A DNA stretch of 52,065 nucleotides from an uncultured Clostridia bacterium (lineage in GTDB: Bacteria; Bacillota; Clostridia; Christensenellales; Borkfalkiaceae). The position numbers and the translations under genes are program-made. The stretch lies in assembly GCA_944353935.1 (NCBI GenBank), contig CALVPV010000001.1, forward strand, positions 1 through 52,065, written 5' to 3'. Below, piece after piece: positions 26,534 to 37,279 of the stretch. The notes under the pieces are model-generated. The model ran no database searches and was not told where the DNA came from. It saw only the letters and a list, made by a program, of their open reading frames with translations. Each line of letters begins with the position of its first letter. Within the stretch, counting starts at the first letter, position 1.

Positions 26534-28906
26534 CTAACGCACGACGGCGAGCGCCTTGAGCGCACGGGTGTACGCGATGTATTTTTCATTGTCGCTCATA
26601 TCCGAATCGACGACGGCGACGGCGGTAAATTCCAGCCCCTTGCTTTCGTATACCGTCATAAGGTTTATGCGCGTCTTGGAGATGTTGCCCGTTTCGCGTA
26701 TGATATTATAATTTTTGCGCGAAAATTCCGCAAGGCGGGCTTCGGAAGTAATTACCGCCTTCAGCCCCTTTACCCCGCTGAGCCAGCCCGTCACCTTGCG
26801 CGGCTGAAGGTAGACTATCTCCGACCCGTCGCAGCCTATAGACTGCATGTCTATGCCGAGCTCGCCCGACACGAAATCGACTATCTGGTTGGTGTTGCGG
26901 TAATTTTGATTGAGCGTATATATGTCCCTTTCCACCACAGTCCAATCCGCGAGCCCGCGATGAGGCGTTATGTTCTGTTTGAGGTCGCCGAACACGTTGA
27001 AACGCGCCCTTTCGTTGACCGATTTGAGCACCTGATATTCCCCTTGTGAGATATCCTGCCCCTCGTCCACAAACACGAACGAATGCTTGGGGGAGAGGTC
27101 ATATCCCAGTTTGCATAGAAGCATGCACATGGCATATACGTCCGACGGATACAGCTTACCCGCGGGCACGCCGTATTTTTTGCGGTATTTTTTGAGCGTT
27201 TCGCCGTAAAAGAAGCGCGCCACGTCCACGCCGCTTTCGCATTTGCCTATGGAGACGAGGTTGCTTTCACCGCGCAGCACGTCGGCAAAATCGTACGCGG
27301 CGGCAAACAGGTCGGCTATCTCTTTGACATAGCCGGCAACGGCTTCTGCCTCTTTTTTCAGTTCCCTGCGCTTTTCTATGCGCTCGGCATAGGTGAGCAC
27401 TTCGGCGCCGCCCACGTTTATGCGGTAGCGCATCAGGTCGGAAATTTCCTTATCCACGGCGGCAGAGAGCGCGGCGAGGTCGGCGACGGCGTCGGCGCAC
27501 ACCTTTTCCCCGTGGCGGCGGACGTGCCGCATCGCCTTGTAAAAGGAGAGCAGTTGCCTGTAAAAAAAGCCGTATGTGCCCATCCTCGGGTCGTTTTTAC
27601 TGAGCGTGAGAAATTCGGCTATGTCGCCGACGCTGTTAAAAAGCAGCCTGAACGGCTTTGTGTAATACAGCCCCCCGCCCGCCTTTTCCTTTATCTCCCC
27701 GAGGACGCATCTGCGCACGCGGATACTTGAATTTTTTATCTTTTCGTAGAGTTCGTTCTGCACGGCGCACCTTTTAAGCACCTCTTCCGCCATGCCAAAG
27801 CATTCTTCCGAAGCGAACATCCCGCGCGCGCCGTCGTATATCTTTGCCAGCTTCTTTTCCACGTCGGAAATAAATGCCTGCGAATAGATATACGCAAGGT
27901 AACTTTCGGGCGGGCGTTCGGTACGCTCTATGCGCCCCTCAAGGTCTATCCCCTGGCTTGAAAGCAGGGTGAGGAAATAGCGTTCTATGGTACACGTCTT
28001 GACCTTTTCAAGTTCAAGGACGGTCGAAAGTTCGTCTATGAAAGAATTGAACGAATCGGACGGCGTTATAACGAGGACGTCGCGCGGGCGTACGCCTTCA
28101 TTGTTGTACATGATGTACGACAGCCTGTGCAGCATTATCATCGTCTTGCCGCTGCCGGCGATGCCCTGGACGACAAAGCGGGCGTCTTCGGGCAGAGTGA
28201 TTATCTCGTACTGCTTTTCCTGTATGGTGTCTATTATGTCGGTGATGCCGCTCTTTTCTTTGCGGCTCTTTATCACTTCGCGGAGGAACGGGTCAAAGAT
28301 GATCTCTTCGTCCCTGCCGCCTATCTCTTCGGCGGAAAGGTAATCCTTTACCGAGAGATATTCGTTCCTGAAATCGACCACCTTGCCGCTCTTTGTGCGT
28401 ATTGCCCTGCGAAGAACGAGCTTGTAGTTAAAGTCGTTTATTTTAAAAGAAATGCGGCTCTTTTGATAGTATCTCCTTGCAAGCGGAGCGCGCCAATCGA
28501 CTATTTCGAGCCCCTCGTCGCCGCGCTTGCCTATATAGTAGCTGTTATAGCCGTCCTTGTCGTCCTCCACATCCATCCTGGCAAAGTAGGGCTCGTCGAA
28601 AAACGGTTTGTAAGTTTCTATGCGTGCACGCGCGGAGGAGATGCGCGCCTTGAGCTCCACTACCTTTTTGTAGCTCTCGGCATTGTAGTCGAGGTCGGAC
28701 ATCACGGCGGCGATCTCTCTCTTCGCCTCCTCTATGGCAGCTTTCAGCTTGTTGATGTAGATATAGCGCAGCATGGACATCACGGCGTTTATATGCCTGT
28801 CTTCGCAAACCGCCTGCTTATCTGCGTCCAAAAGATCCAAAAAGAACTGCTTATCCGGTTCCTTGTGCGGATCTAAAATTTTTTTGATGGTTTTGATATC
28901 TGCCAT
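26534..28906 (-). CDS. helD: HelD-type (helicase IV-like) UvrD-family SF1 helicase
   Basis: I prefer the ATG at 28906 (MADIKTIKKIL). HelD N-terminal signature: PYFARMDV...YYIGKRG...IVDWRAPLARRYY. Further motifs: TIQEKQYEII, VVQGIAGSGKT, FVFVDEGQD, FGDLKQNI, NYRNTNQIV and YESKGLEFTAV. Confidence 0.85.
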   Translation of the reverse strand: MADIKTIKKILDPHKEPDKQFFLDLLDADKQAVCEDRHINAVMSMLRYIYINKLKAAIEEAKREIAAVMSDLDYNAESYKKVVELKARISSARARIETYKPFFDEPYFARMDVEDDKDGYNSYYIGKRGDEGLEIVDWRAPLARRYYQKSRISFKINDFNYKLVLRRAIRTKSGKVVDFRNEYLSVKDYLSAEEIGGRDEEIIFDPFLREVIKSRKEKSGITDIIDTIQEKQYEIITLPEDARFVVQGIAGSGKTMIMLHRLSYIMYNNEGVRPRDVLVITPSDSFNSFIDELSTVLELEKVKTCTIERYFLTLLSSQGIDLEGRIERTERPPESYLAYIYSQAFISDVEKKLAKIYDGARGMFASEECFGMAEEVLKRCAVQNELYEKIKNSSIRVRRCVLGEIKEKAGGGLYYTKPFRLLFNSVGDIAEFLTLSKNDPRMGTYGFFYRQLLSFYKAMRHVRRHGEKVCADAVADLAALSAAVDKEISDLMRYRINVGGAEVLTYAERIEKRRELKKEAEAVAGYVKEIADLFAAAYDFADVLRGESNLVSIGKCESGVDVARFFYGETLKKYRKKYGVPAGKLYPSDVYAMCMLLCKLGYDLSPKHSFVFVDEGQDISQGEYQVLKSVNERARFNVFGDLKQNITPHRGLADWTVVERDIYTLNQNYRNTNQIVDFVSGELGIDMQSIGCDGSEIVYLQPRKVTGWLSGVKGLKAVITSEARLAEFSRKNYNIIRETGNISKTRINLMTVYESKGLEFTAVAVVDSDMSDNEKYIAYTRALKALAVVR

Positions 28907-28949
28907 GCGAGCCCCGGTTTTTTGCTGATGCGCAAAGTGTCGTTGTTTT

Positions 28950-28978
28950 ATTATAACACGGCATTCAAAAAAAATCAA
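28950..28978 (-). promoter_or_regulatory. Predicted helD promoter
   Basis: Minus strand reads TTGATT-17 nt-TATAAT, about 45 nt upstream of the ATG at 28906. Confidence 0.4.
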
Positions 28979-29102
28979 TACCCCTTTTTACCAAAAGCCG
29001 TACCCTTTTATAAGGCTGCCGCAAAACAGAGATATTGAAAATAAAACTATTCAAACATATAATTATATTGCAATAAAACATTACATAACCGCATAACAAA
29101 GC

Positions 29103-29146
29103 AGATAAAAGCGGGAGCAAAGAGATAAGTAAACTTTGCCCCCCGC
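29103..29146 (-). terminator. Intrinsic terminator after the TrmH-family gene
   Basis: Minus strand reads GCGGGGGGCAAAG...CTTTGCTCCCGC followed by TTTTATCTGCTTTG. Confidence 0.55.
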
Positions 29147-29162
29147 CATAGTGCTGACCGTT

Positions 29163-29999
29163 TTATTTGAGTTTATTTTTTATGCACGCTTCATATGTGA
29201 GCACCGTGGCAGCCACGCCGACATTGAGGCTGTCGCACTTGCCGAGCATGGGGATGGCGATCATTTCGTACTTGCCGCCGTACCACTCCCTTGCTATGCC
29301 GTAACGTTCGCTCCCGACAACGAGCGCCGTATTTTTACCGAACGGCTCATCGTAGTAAAAGTGTTCCGCACGCGTGTCCGCAAGGTAAATGACAAAGCCG
29401 TGCTTTTCAAGCCATGCGCGGCATTCCGCCACGCTTTCAAATTCAAACACGGGAACGGTGAGAATCGCCCCCTGGCTGGACTTGATGAGTTTTGGGTGAG
29501 TCATGCGCACCTTTCTGTTACAGAAGAAAACCGCATCGGCTCCCGCCCCGTCCGCCATTCGCAGCATCGTGCCAGCATTGCCGGGGATCTCCACGCCGTC
29601 TATGACGAGTATCACCGACTTTTTAGGCGGAACAAAATCGGCAATATCCCGCCGAGGAAGGGCGGCGAGCGCCATTATCCCGTCCGGCTGGCCTTTTTCC
29701 GATATTTTTTCATAGGTCTTTGCCGATACCGTAAACCTGTCCGCCGTCTTTGCCGCAAGGTTTTTTATCAGTTCGGCAACCTCGGGCGTACGTACGTATT
29801 CGGGGCATACGATAAGGCATTCTATGTGCATGCCGAATTTTAGGCACATGGACGCGAGCCATATCCCCTCTGCCACAAAGAGCTTTTGGGGATTTGGCTT
29901 TGTGTTGGACAGCACGCCCTTTATTCGCTTTATTATGCCGTTCTGTTCGCCTATCGGGCGAAAGTTGAGCTCATTTAAAAGCCGTTCGATGTCTACCAT
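29163..29999 (-). CDS. SpoU/TrmH-family RNA 2'-O-methyltransferase
   Basis: SPOUT motifs VIDGVEIPGNAGTMLRMADGAGA, LVVGSERYGI and IPMLGKCDSLNVGVAATVLTYE, with an N-terminal extension of about 100 aa. Confidence 0.85.
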   Translation of the reverse strand: MVDIERLLNELNFRPIGEQNGIIKRIKGVLSNTKPNPQKLFVAEGIWLASMCLKFGMHIECLIVCPEYVRTPEVAELIKNLAAKTADRFTVSAKTYEKISEKGQPDGIMALAALPRRDIADFVPPKKSVILVIDGVEIPGNAGTMLRMADGAGADAVFFCNRKVRMTHPKLIKSSQGAILTVPVFEFESVAECRAWLEKHGFVIYLADTRAEHFYYDEPFGKNTALVVGSERYGIAREWYGGKYEMIAIPMLGKCDSLNVGVAATVLTYEACIKNKLK

Positions 30000-30051
30000 A
30001 TCTATAATGCAAACCGCGGAGCGCAGCAGCGCTTGCCGCTATCTCTTTTGA

Positions 30052-30471
30052 TCAAAACTCCAAAAGATTTAAACCTATCTCTTTTGAAAACTTTCTGCCT
30101 ACGCTGCCTTCGATTACGTCTATGACCATCTCGCAGGTGGCGGAGACGACGGCGCTGTTGAGATGGCCGCCAAAGACTTTGCCGCTGCCGTCGCCCGCGC
30201 TCATGTGCAGGTGCGAATAGAGCTTTCCGTCCATCCTTGTGACGGTGCCGAGCAGGGAGACTATCTCGTAATCGCCTGCATAGCTGTTTGACGAATATGC
30301 CTTGCTTTCGGGCGAAAAGACGCCCACGGTAAATTTACCCACCGCGCCTATCGCAGATACGGAAGCGAGCGCTATTCCCTCCCTTTCGCAAACGGCTTTA
30401 AGTTGTTCGCAGATTTCTTCCCCTCTGTCTATACGGACGATAATCTTTTTGTCGAAAACCCTGTATTCCAT
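30052..30471 (-). CDS. PPC (DUF296) domain protein
   Basis: 139 aa. VRIDRGEEI...L, the pattern GAVGKFTVG...YEIVSLLGT, and LHMSAGDGSGKVFGGHL fit the PPC/DUF296 fold family. Confidence 0.7.
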   Translation of the reverse strand: MEYRVFDKKIIVRIDRGEEICEQLKAVCEREGIALASVSAIGAVGKFTVGVFSPESKAYSSNSYAGDYEIVSLLGTVTRMDGKLYSHLHMSAGDGSGKVFGGHLNSAVVSATCEMVIDVIEGSVGRKFSKEIGLNLLEF

Positions 30472-30580
30472 ATTTTATCCGTTAAAATTTTGCCGTACGG
30501 CGAATAGCGACCTTATATTACGGCCGCGGCATAAAACAATTTGCCGCGGCCGCGCAATATTGTCGCTTATAGAGCAAACC

Positions 30581-32113
30581 TTACTCCCACTCTATAGTTG
30601 CGGGGGGTTTAGAAGTTATATCGTACACAATGCGGTTTGCGTGCTTTACCTCGTTTACGATGCGGTTGGAGATTATCTCCAAAACGTCGTAGGGGATGCG
30701 CGCCCAGTCGGCAGTCATCGCGTCTACCGAAGTGACCGCGCGGATGGCTATGACGTTTTCGTATGTGCGGAAGTCGCCCTGAACGCCGACCGTCTTGCTG
30801 TTGGTTATCACGGTGAAGTACTGCCAGATCTTATCGTCAAGCCCTGCCTTTGCTATCTCTTCGCGCAGGATATAGTCGGAATCGCGCAGCGTTTCAAGTT
30901 TTTCCTCCGTGACTTCGCCCATTATCCTTATGGCGAGCCCGGGGCCGGGGAAGGGCTGGCGCATCACCACGCTCTTGGGGAGCCCGAGTTCAAAACCGAC
31001 CTTTCTCACCTCGTCCTTGAACAGGTCGCGGAGGGGTTCTATGATCTCTTTAAAATCGACTACGGAGGGGAGCCCGCCCACGTTGTGGTGGCTCTTTATG
31101 ACGGCCGATTTACCCTTGCCGCTCTCTATGACGTCGGGGTAGATCGTGCCCTGTACAAGGTAATCTACGGCACCTATCTCTTTGGATATCTTTTCAAACG
31201 AGCGGATGAACTGCTCGCCTATTATCTTGCGCTTTGTTTCGGGATCGGATACGCCCTTCAACTTTTCAAGGAAGACGGCGCCGTCGTCCACCTTGATGAG
31301 GTTCATGCCGAGCCCGTCTTTGAATACGGACATGACCTCCTCCGCTTCGAACTTGCGCAAAAGCCCGTGATCGACGAACACGCAGGTGAGGCGGTCGCCC
31401 ACCGCCTTGTGGATGAGCGTTGCCGCAACGGCGGAATCTACGCCGCCCGACATTGCGCAGAGCACCTTTTTATCGCCTATCTTTTCTTTGAGCTCCTTCA
31501 CCTTTTCGGCAACGAAGCCCGACATAGTCCATTCGCCGTGCGCGCCGCACACATTGTACAAAAAGTTGCGGAGCATGAGCGTGCCGAACTGCGTATGCTG
31601 CACTTCGGGATGGAACTGCACGCCGTATATCCTGCGCTCGTCGTTACCGAATGCCGCATAGGGGCAATTGTCGGAACGGGCTATCATCTTAAAGCCGTCG
31701 GGGAGCATCGTTATCCTGTCCGTATGGCTCATCCAGCAGACAGAACTTTCGGGAACGCCTGCGGTCAAAGGGCTGTTTTGACTGTAAACTTCGGCCTTGC
31801 CGTATTCCGACGTATCCGCGCGCTCCACCGTGCCGCCGAGGATATGTGCGGTGAGCTGGCAGCCGTAGCATATGCCGAGGACGGGTATGCCGAGATCAAA
31901 AATTGCGGGATCTACTTTGGGGCTGCCCTCGTCATACACGCTGTTAGGCCCTCCGGTAAAAATTATGCCTATGGGAGCGTATTCTTTTATCTTTTCTATC
32001 GTCATATCGCACGGCACGAGGTCGCAGTAAACATTCTGCTCGCGCACGCGCCTTGCAATGAGCTGGTTGTACTGACCGCCGAAGTCGAGTACCAGAACTT
32101 TTTCGCGCTGCAT
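30581..32113 (-). CDS. guaA: GMP synthase (glutamine-hydrolysing)
   Basis: 510 aa. GATase region [20 protein letters not shown] and ICYGCQ, PP-loop SGGVDSAV, and the C-terminal ...PPATIEWE. Confidence 0.97.
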   Translation of the reverse strand: MQREKVLVLDFGGQYNQLIARRVREQNVYCDLVPCDMTIEKIKEYAPIGIIFTGGPNSVYDEGSPKVDPAIFDLGIPVLGICYGCQLTAHILGGTVERADTSEYGKAEVYSQNSPLTAGVPESSVCWMSHTDRITMLPDGFKMIARSDNCPYAAFGNDERRIYGVQFHPEVQHTQFGTLMLRNFLYNVCGAHGEWTMSGFVAEKVKELKEKIGDKKVLCAMSGGVDSAVAATLIHKAVGDRLTCVFVDHGLLRKFEAEEVMSVFKDGLGMNLIKVDDGAVFLEKLKGVSDPETKRKIIGEQFIRSFEKISKEIGAVDYLVQGTIYPDVIESGKGKSAVIKSHHNVGGLPSVVDFKEIIEPLRDLFKDEVRKVGFELGLPKSVVMRQPFPGPGLAIRIMGEVTEEKLETLRDSDYILREEIAKAGLDDKIWQYFTVITNSKTVGVQGDFRTYENVIAIRAVTSVDAMTADWARIPYDVLEIISNRIVNEVKHANRIVYDITSKPPATIEWE

Positions 32114-32174
32114 ATTACTTTCCTTGAAGATTATTTTTTGCCGCGGAGTGCGGCGCGTAAAATAAAGAGGTATT

Positions 32175-32211
32175 AAATATTTTACGGCGGAAGCAAGTAT
32201 CTACTTCCGCC
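32175..32211 (-). terminator. Hairpin/partial terminator between guaB and guaA
   Basis: Minus strand reads GGCGGAAG...CTTCCGCC followed by GTAAAATATTT. Confidence 0.4.
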
Positions 32212-32232
32212 TTGAATATGTTTTTTAAGACA

Positions 32233-33726
<1,494 letters not shown>

Positions 33727-33739
33727 TTAAACCGTTTTG

Positions 33740-34489
33740 TCACGCCTGATCAGCAAGCCCGCCGAGCGCGGCGGAGAGAGTGTTGAAATATTCCGTATCT
33801 TTTAAGGAAGGCGAGATGTTTTCATAGACGGAAAGTATGCCCTGCGCCACTTCGGCATCGTCGCATTCTATCACGTAGAGCGAGAGCGAACCGAGCGCGT
33901 TGTTGACGGGGAAACTTTCTATCGAATAATCGGCCTTGCCGCCGAATGTAAACCGTTCGCGCGAAAACGAGGGATCGAGCGCCTCTACCGCAAACCCCAC
34001 CGCCGCTTCGGCATCGCCGCCGCGGTACAGCGCCTCTGCAACGGCGCCGTATATGTAATGCCTGTAACTAAATTCAAGCAGGGGAGCGCTTTGGGCAAAC
34101 TGCTCGTCGCGCTCGGCGCAATACTCTTCAAACCCCTCGTCATCGACGAGCATGGTGCAATATTCTGTTATATACCCGTCCTTTTCCGAAAGGATGCTGT
34201 CTTCCGCGCAGCGCGCAAGGTCGGCGATATCGTCCGTGTAAGAATAGTACAGCGACGCGTACTTTACGGCAAAGCCGTAATTGCCGAGCTGCTCGCACCA
34301 ACCGCAGAGCGTTCCCGGGAAGCCGAAACTTAAAACGGCGAACACCACGACGGCGCATCCCGCCACTATACCTAAGGTAGAAAGGGCGGATTTTATGATT
34401 ATCTGTTTCAAAGCCGTATACCGAGTCAAACGGAGCGGCGGTAAAAATCGCCGCCCGCACACCGCCGCACAACGGTTGCGCGGCAGCAC
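33740..34489 (-). CDS. Hypothetical membrane-anchored protein (start uncertain)
   Basis: The ORF-track start is a GTG with no SD. An internal TTG at 34411 would give MKQIIIKSALSTLGIVAGC.., which looks like a signal or anchor sequence. No family recognised. Confidence 0.5.
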   Translation of the reverse strand: MLPRNRCAAVCGRRFLPPLRLTRYTALKQIIIKSALSTLGIVAGCAVVVFAVLSFGFPGTLCGWCEQLGNYGFAVKYASLYYSYTDDIADLARCAEDSILSEKDGYITEYCTMLVDDEGFEEYCAERDEQFAQSAPLLEFSYRHYIYGAVAEALYRGGDAEAAVGFAVEALDPSFSRERFTFGGKADYSIESFPVNNALGSLSLYVIECDDAEVAQGILSVYENISPSLKDTEYFNTLSAALGGLADQA

Positions 34490-34581
34490 ATTTTTATTTT
34501 AATTATTTTATCACAGCATCAAATAAAATGCAAGTGTTTGAAAACATTCATAATCGGCAAAACGTGCAATATAAATGTAAT

Positions 34582-35232
34582 ATGAAAAAAATTTTTTATG
34601 TATTGCCCGCCATTGCCGCCGCGGCGGCAGTTTGCGGAGGCTGCAAAGTCAAGACAGACTACAGAGAATATGTATCCGAACGCAGGTACGACATCTATGA
34701 ATACACAGGCGACGACGTAAAGATAAGCATGTACTGCACGGAAAAGGAATCGCCGTTCATTGCGGACGGCATCAAGGGCGACACCTGCAAAACGGCGGAG
34801 ATATACGCCGACGTGCAGGAAGCGGAAAATGTAGCCGTCACATCCCAAAGTTTTACAGGCGGGGAAATGAGCTACCTTGCAGCACGCGGCGTGTGGTACA
34901 TAAGTTTTTCCTGCGAAGCGCCCGAAGGCAGCGAAATAAAGATCACGCTCGAACGCGACGGGGAAAAACAAGATTACACCCTGCTGAGCGTACTCACCGA
35001 CGGAGTGATGACCTGCGAACAGGCGCTGGACTGCGTGATTGAACACGACGGGGAGCTCTTTGAAAAAATGACGGAGAACGGGATATTCAAGGGCGAGATC
35101 ATTATAAGGCTCTTATACGACGACAAGTGCTACTACTACGTGGGCGTGTGCGACAGGGAGGGAAACATGCACGCCTACCTTGCCGACGGGCAGTCGGGTA
35201 GGATAATATTGGAGAGGACTCACTCGATGTAA
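34582..35232 (+). CDS. Hypothetical lipoprotein
   Basis: I prefer the ATG at 34582, giving MKKIFYVLPAIAAAAAVCGGCKV. No family recognised. Confidence 0.6.
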   Translation: MKKIFYVLPAIAAAAAVCGGCKVKTDYREYVSERRYDIYEYTGDDVKISMYCTEKESPFIADGIKGDTCKTAEIYADVQEAENVAVTSQSFTGGEMSYLAARGVWYISFSCEAPEGSEIKITLERDGEKQDYTLLSVLTDGVMTCEQALDCVIEHDGELFEKMTENGIFKGEIIIRLLYDDKCYYYVGVCDREGNMHAYLADGQSGRIILERTHSM

Positions 35233-35291
35233 AAACGCCTAAACAGGCGCTTTTACATCACACATAGTACTATGAAATCGCCGTAAAAGCG

Positions 35292-35834
35292 TTAAATCAC
35301 CTTTTCATAGCACAAAAACGTGCCATTTGCGCGCGTCAGGCTGCCGCAGCATATAAAGCCGCATCCGGCGAGCAGTTTTTGCATCGGCACGTTGCGGGCG
35401 TGAGTATCCATCTTAAGCGACGCCTTCCCCCGCCTTTTTGCCTCCTTTACCGCCTCGTCGATACAGCAGCGGGCGGCGCCCCTGCCGCGGAACGCGGGCG
35501 CCACGGCGAGCGTATGCACGGCAAGATACCCTGTACTCCCTTGCGCCTTTTCCGTAAGCCACGCAAAACCTGCGGCGTCATATTCTTCGTCCCGCTCAAA
35601 CACGGAATAGACGGCAACTATTTCCCCGCCATAAACGAGCTTGCGAAAATTGCCGCCCGAAACGGCGTCCTGTATATAGCCGTCGTAAGGAAAGCCGTCC
35701 TGCCACTGCGGGTTGCCCTGCTGCGCCATGAACGCGCGGGCGGCGGCAAATATCTCTTTTATGCGCGGAACGTCACACCGTTGCGCGATACAAACTTTTT
35801 CTTCCATGGCAATAAAATTACGGGCGTGCCGCAA
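35292..35834 (-). CDS. GNAT-family N-acetyltransferase
   Basis: The block LAVAPAFRGRGAARCCIDEAVKEAKRRG is a GNAT motif A. The TTG at 35834 has an AAGGAGG SD 10 nt upstream. The alternative ATG at 35807 has no SD. Confidence 0.8.
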   Translation of the reverse strand: MRHARNFIAMEEKVCIAQRCDVPRIKEIFAAARAFMAQQGNPQWQDGFPYDGYIQDAVSGGNFRKLVYGGEIVAVYSVFERDEEYDAAGFAWLTEKAQGSTGYLAVHTLAVAPAFRGRGAARCCIDEAVKEAKRRGKASLKMDTHARNVPMQKLLAGCGFICCGSLTRANGTFLCYEKVI

Positions 35835-35857
35835 GCGGCGCGCCCCTCCTTAAAAAT

Positions 35858-36973
35858 TCAGCTCTCCATAAATTCGATTATTATGCTGTTTTGCACGAAC
35901 AGGAATTCTTCCTTTATGCGCACCCTTGCGCCTCTTATGTCAAGATAGCGCGCCACCTTTTTCAGCGGCAGGGCGTACTCCTTAAAAAAGTCGGAGGAGA
36001 ACATTTTATTATACTCATCCGCATCGAGCCCGTCAGCCGTGCGCAGGGCGAGCATGATATATTCAAACTTCTGCCCCTCCCTGTCCACCTCTTCGGAATT
36101 TATGACGGGAAGGTGATCGGTAAAGATACATTTGAAATATTCGTCCAGATCGAAGGTATTTGTAAAACGCACGTTGCCTATGCAGGACGACGCCGAAACG
36201 CCGAACCCGATGTATTCGCCGCGATGCCAATAGTTGAGGTTATGGCGGCTCGTTTTGCCGTCCTTGCAGAAGTTTGAAACTTCATAGCGGGCAAAGCCGA
36301 GCTCTTTAAGGCGCCTGAACCCGGCGTCGTAAAGCGCAGCCACTTCGTCCTGGTCGGGGAGCTCGCCGTTGAGGTAGTCCGTATAAATGGGCGTGCCGTC
36401 TTCGGGCGTGAGCGCATACATGGAAATATGGCTCGCGCCGGCATCGGCGGCAAAATCTATGGTATAGACTACGTCGCGCGCAGTCTGCCCCTTGAGCCCG
36501 ATGAGCACGTCGGCGTTGAAGTTCTGCCCCTTTAAAGGGGCTGCACAGTCAAGGAAGTCCTGCGCGGAGTGTATCCTTCCTATATCCTCAAGCTGGCTGT
36601 CTATGGCGGACTGCAGCCCTACGGAAAACCTGTTTATCCCGCACTTTTTGTAAAATTCTATCTTTTCCGCCGTGACGGTGCCCGGATTGAGCTCTATCGT
36701 TATCTCCGCATCCTTGGAGAGGGAGAAATTTTTGCGCGCGGAGGCGACAAGCATGCCTATATAGCTCTCGTCTATGACGGACGGAGTGCCGCCGCCTATA
36801 TAGAGAGTATCGAACACGTAATCTTTGAGCTGCTTTTTGCGGAAGCTCATTTCACGGTATACGCACGCCATGTAACTTTCGGCATAGCAAAGTTTATCCG
36901 GGAAAGAAGCAAAGTCGCAGTATGAACATTTACTTTTGCAAAACGGAATGTGTACGTAAATCCCTGCCATCAT
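35858..36973 (-). CDS. hemW: Radical SAM heme chaperone HemW (HemN-like, oxygen-independent coproporphyrinogen oxidase family)
   Basis: N-terminus GIYVHIPFCKSKCSYCDF (a CxxxCxxC motif) and a HemN_C-like tail. Sits in the lepA-hemW arrangement typical of Firmicutes. Confidence 0.9.
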   Translation of the reverse strand: MMAGIYVHIPFCKSKCSYCDFASFPDKLCYAESYMACVYREMSFRKKQLKDYVFDTLYIGGGTPSVIDESYIGMLVASARKNFSLSKDAEITIELNPGTVTAEKIEFYKKCGINRFSVGLQSAIDSQLEDIGRIHSAQDFLDCAAPLKGQNFNADVLIGLKGQTARDVVYTIDFAADAGASHISMYALTPEDGTPIYTDYLNGELPDQDEVAALYDAGFRRLKELGFARYEVSNFCKDGKTSRHNLNYWHRGEYIGFGVSASSCIGNVRFTNTFDLDEYFKCIFTDHLPVINSEEVDREGQKFEYIMLALRTADGLDADEYNKMFSSDFFKEYALPLKKVARYLDIRGARVRIKEEFLFVQNSIIIEFMES

Positions 36974-37278
36974 ATCACCCAGCGATATTTTTTAAGGTCT
37001 ACTTTTAAGTCGCCCGAAAAGCCGACTCCCTCTGCCGCAAGCAGCTCTCTTTGCGCGTTCTCCCCGCCGAAGGCAAACGCCGGGGAAAGGCTGCCGTCGG
37101 CAAACACTACCCTGTGGCAGGGGATGACGCCGGGGCGCGGGTTTACGTGGAGCGCCCAGCCGACCTGACGCGACATACGCGGCGCGCCGCACATGCGCGC
37201 CACGTCCCCGTATGTTAAAACTTTGCCGCGGGGGATAGACATGACTACGCCGTATACCCGCTCGAAAAACCCTTGCAT
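36970..37278 (-). CDS. MGMT-family (methylated-DNA--protein-cysteine methyltransferase DNA-binding domain) protein
   Basis: 102 aa. IPRGKVLTYGDVA and the active-site-like motif IPCHRVV. ATGA overlap with hemW. Confidence 0.8.
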   Translation of the reverse strand: MQGFFERVYGVVMSIPRGKVLTYGDVARMCGAPRMSRQVGWALHVNPRPGVIPCHRVVFADGSLSPAFAFGGENAQRELLAAEGVGFSGDLKVDLKKYRWVI

Positions 37279-37279
37279 A

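Noticed and set aside
30302-32176. 624-aa ORF on the plus strand spanning the whole of guaA
   Set aside because: This is an antisense shadow ORF. The opposite strand encodes an unmistakable GMP synthase. The translation is low-complexity (A/G/R/H/V/Y-rich), has no SD and no recognisable motif.
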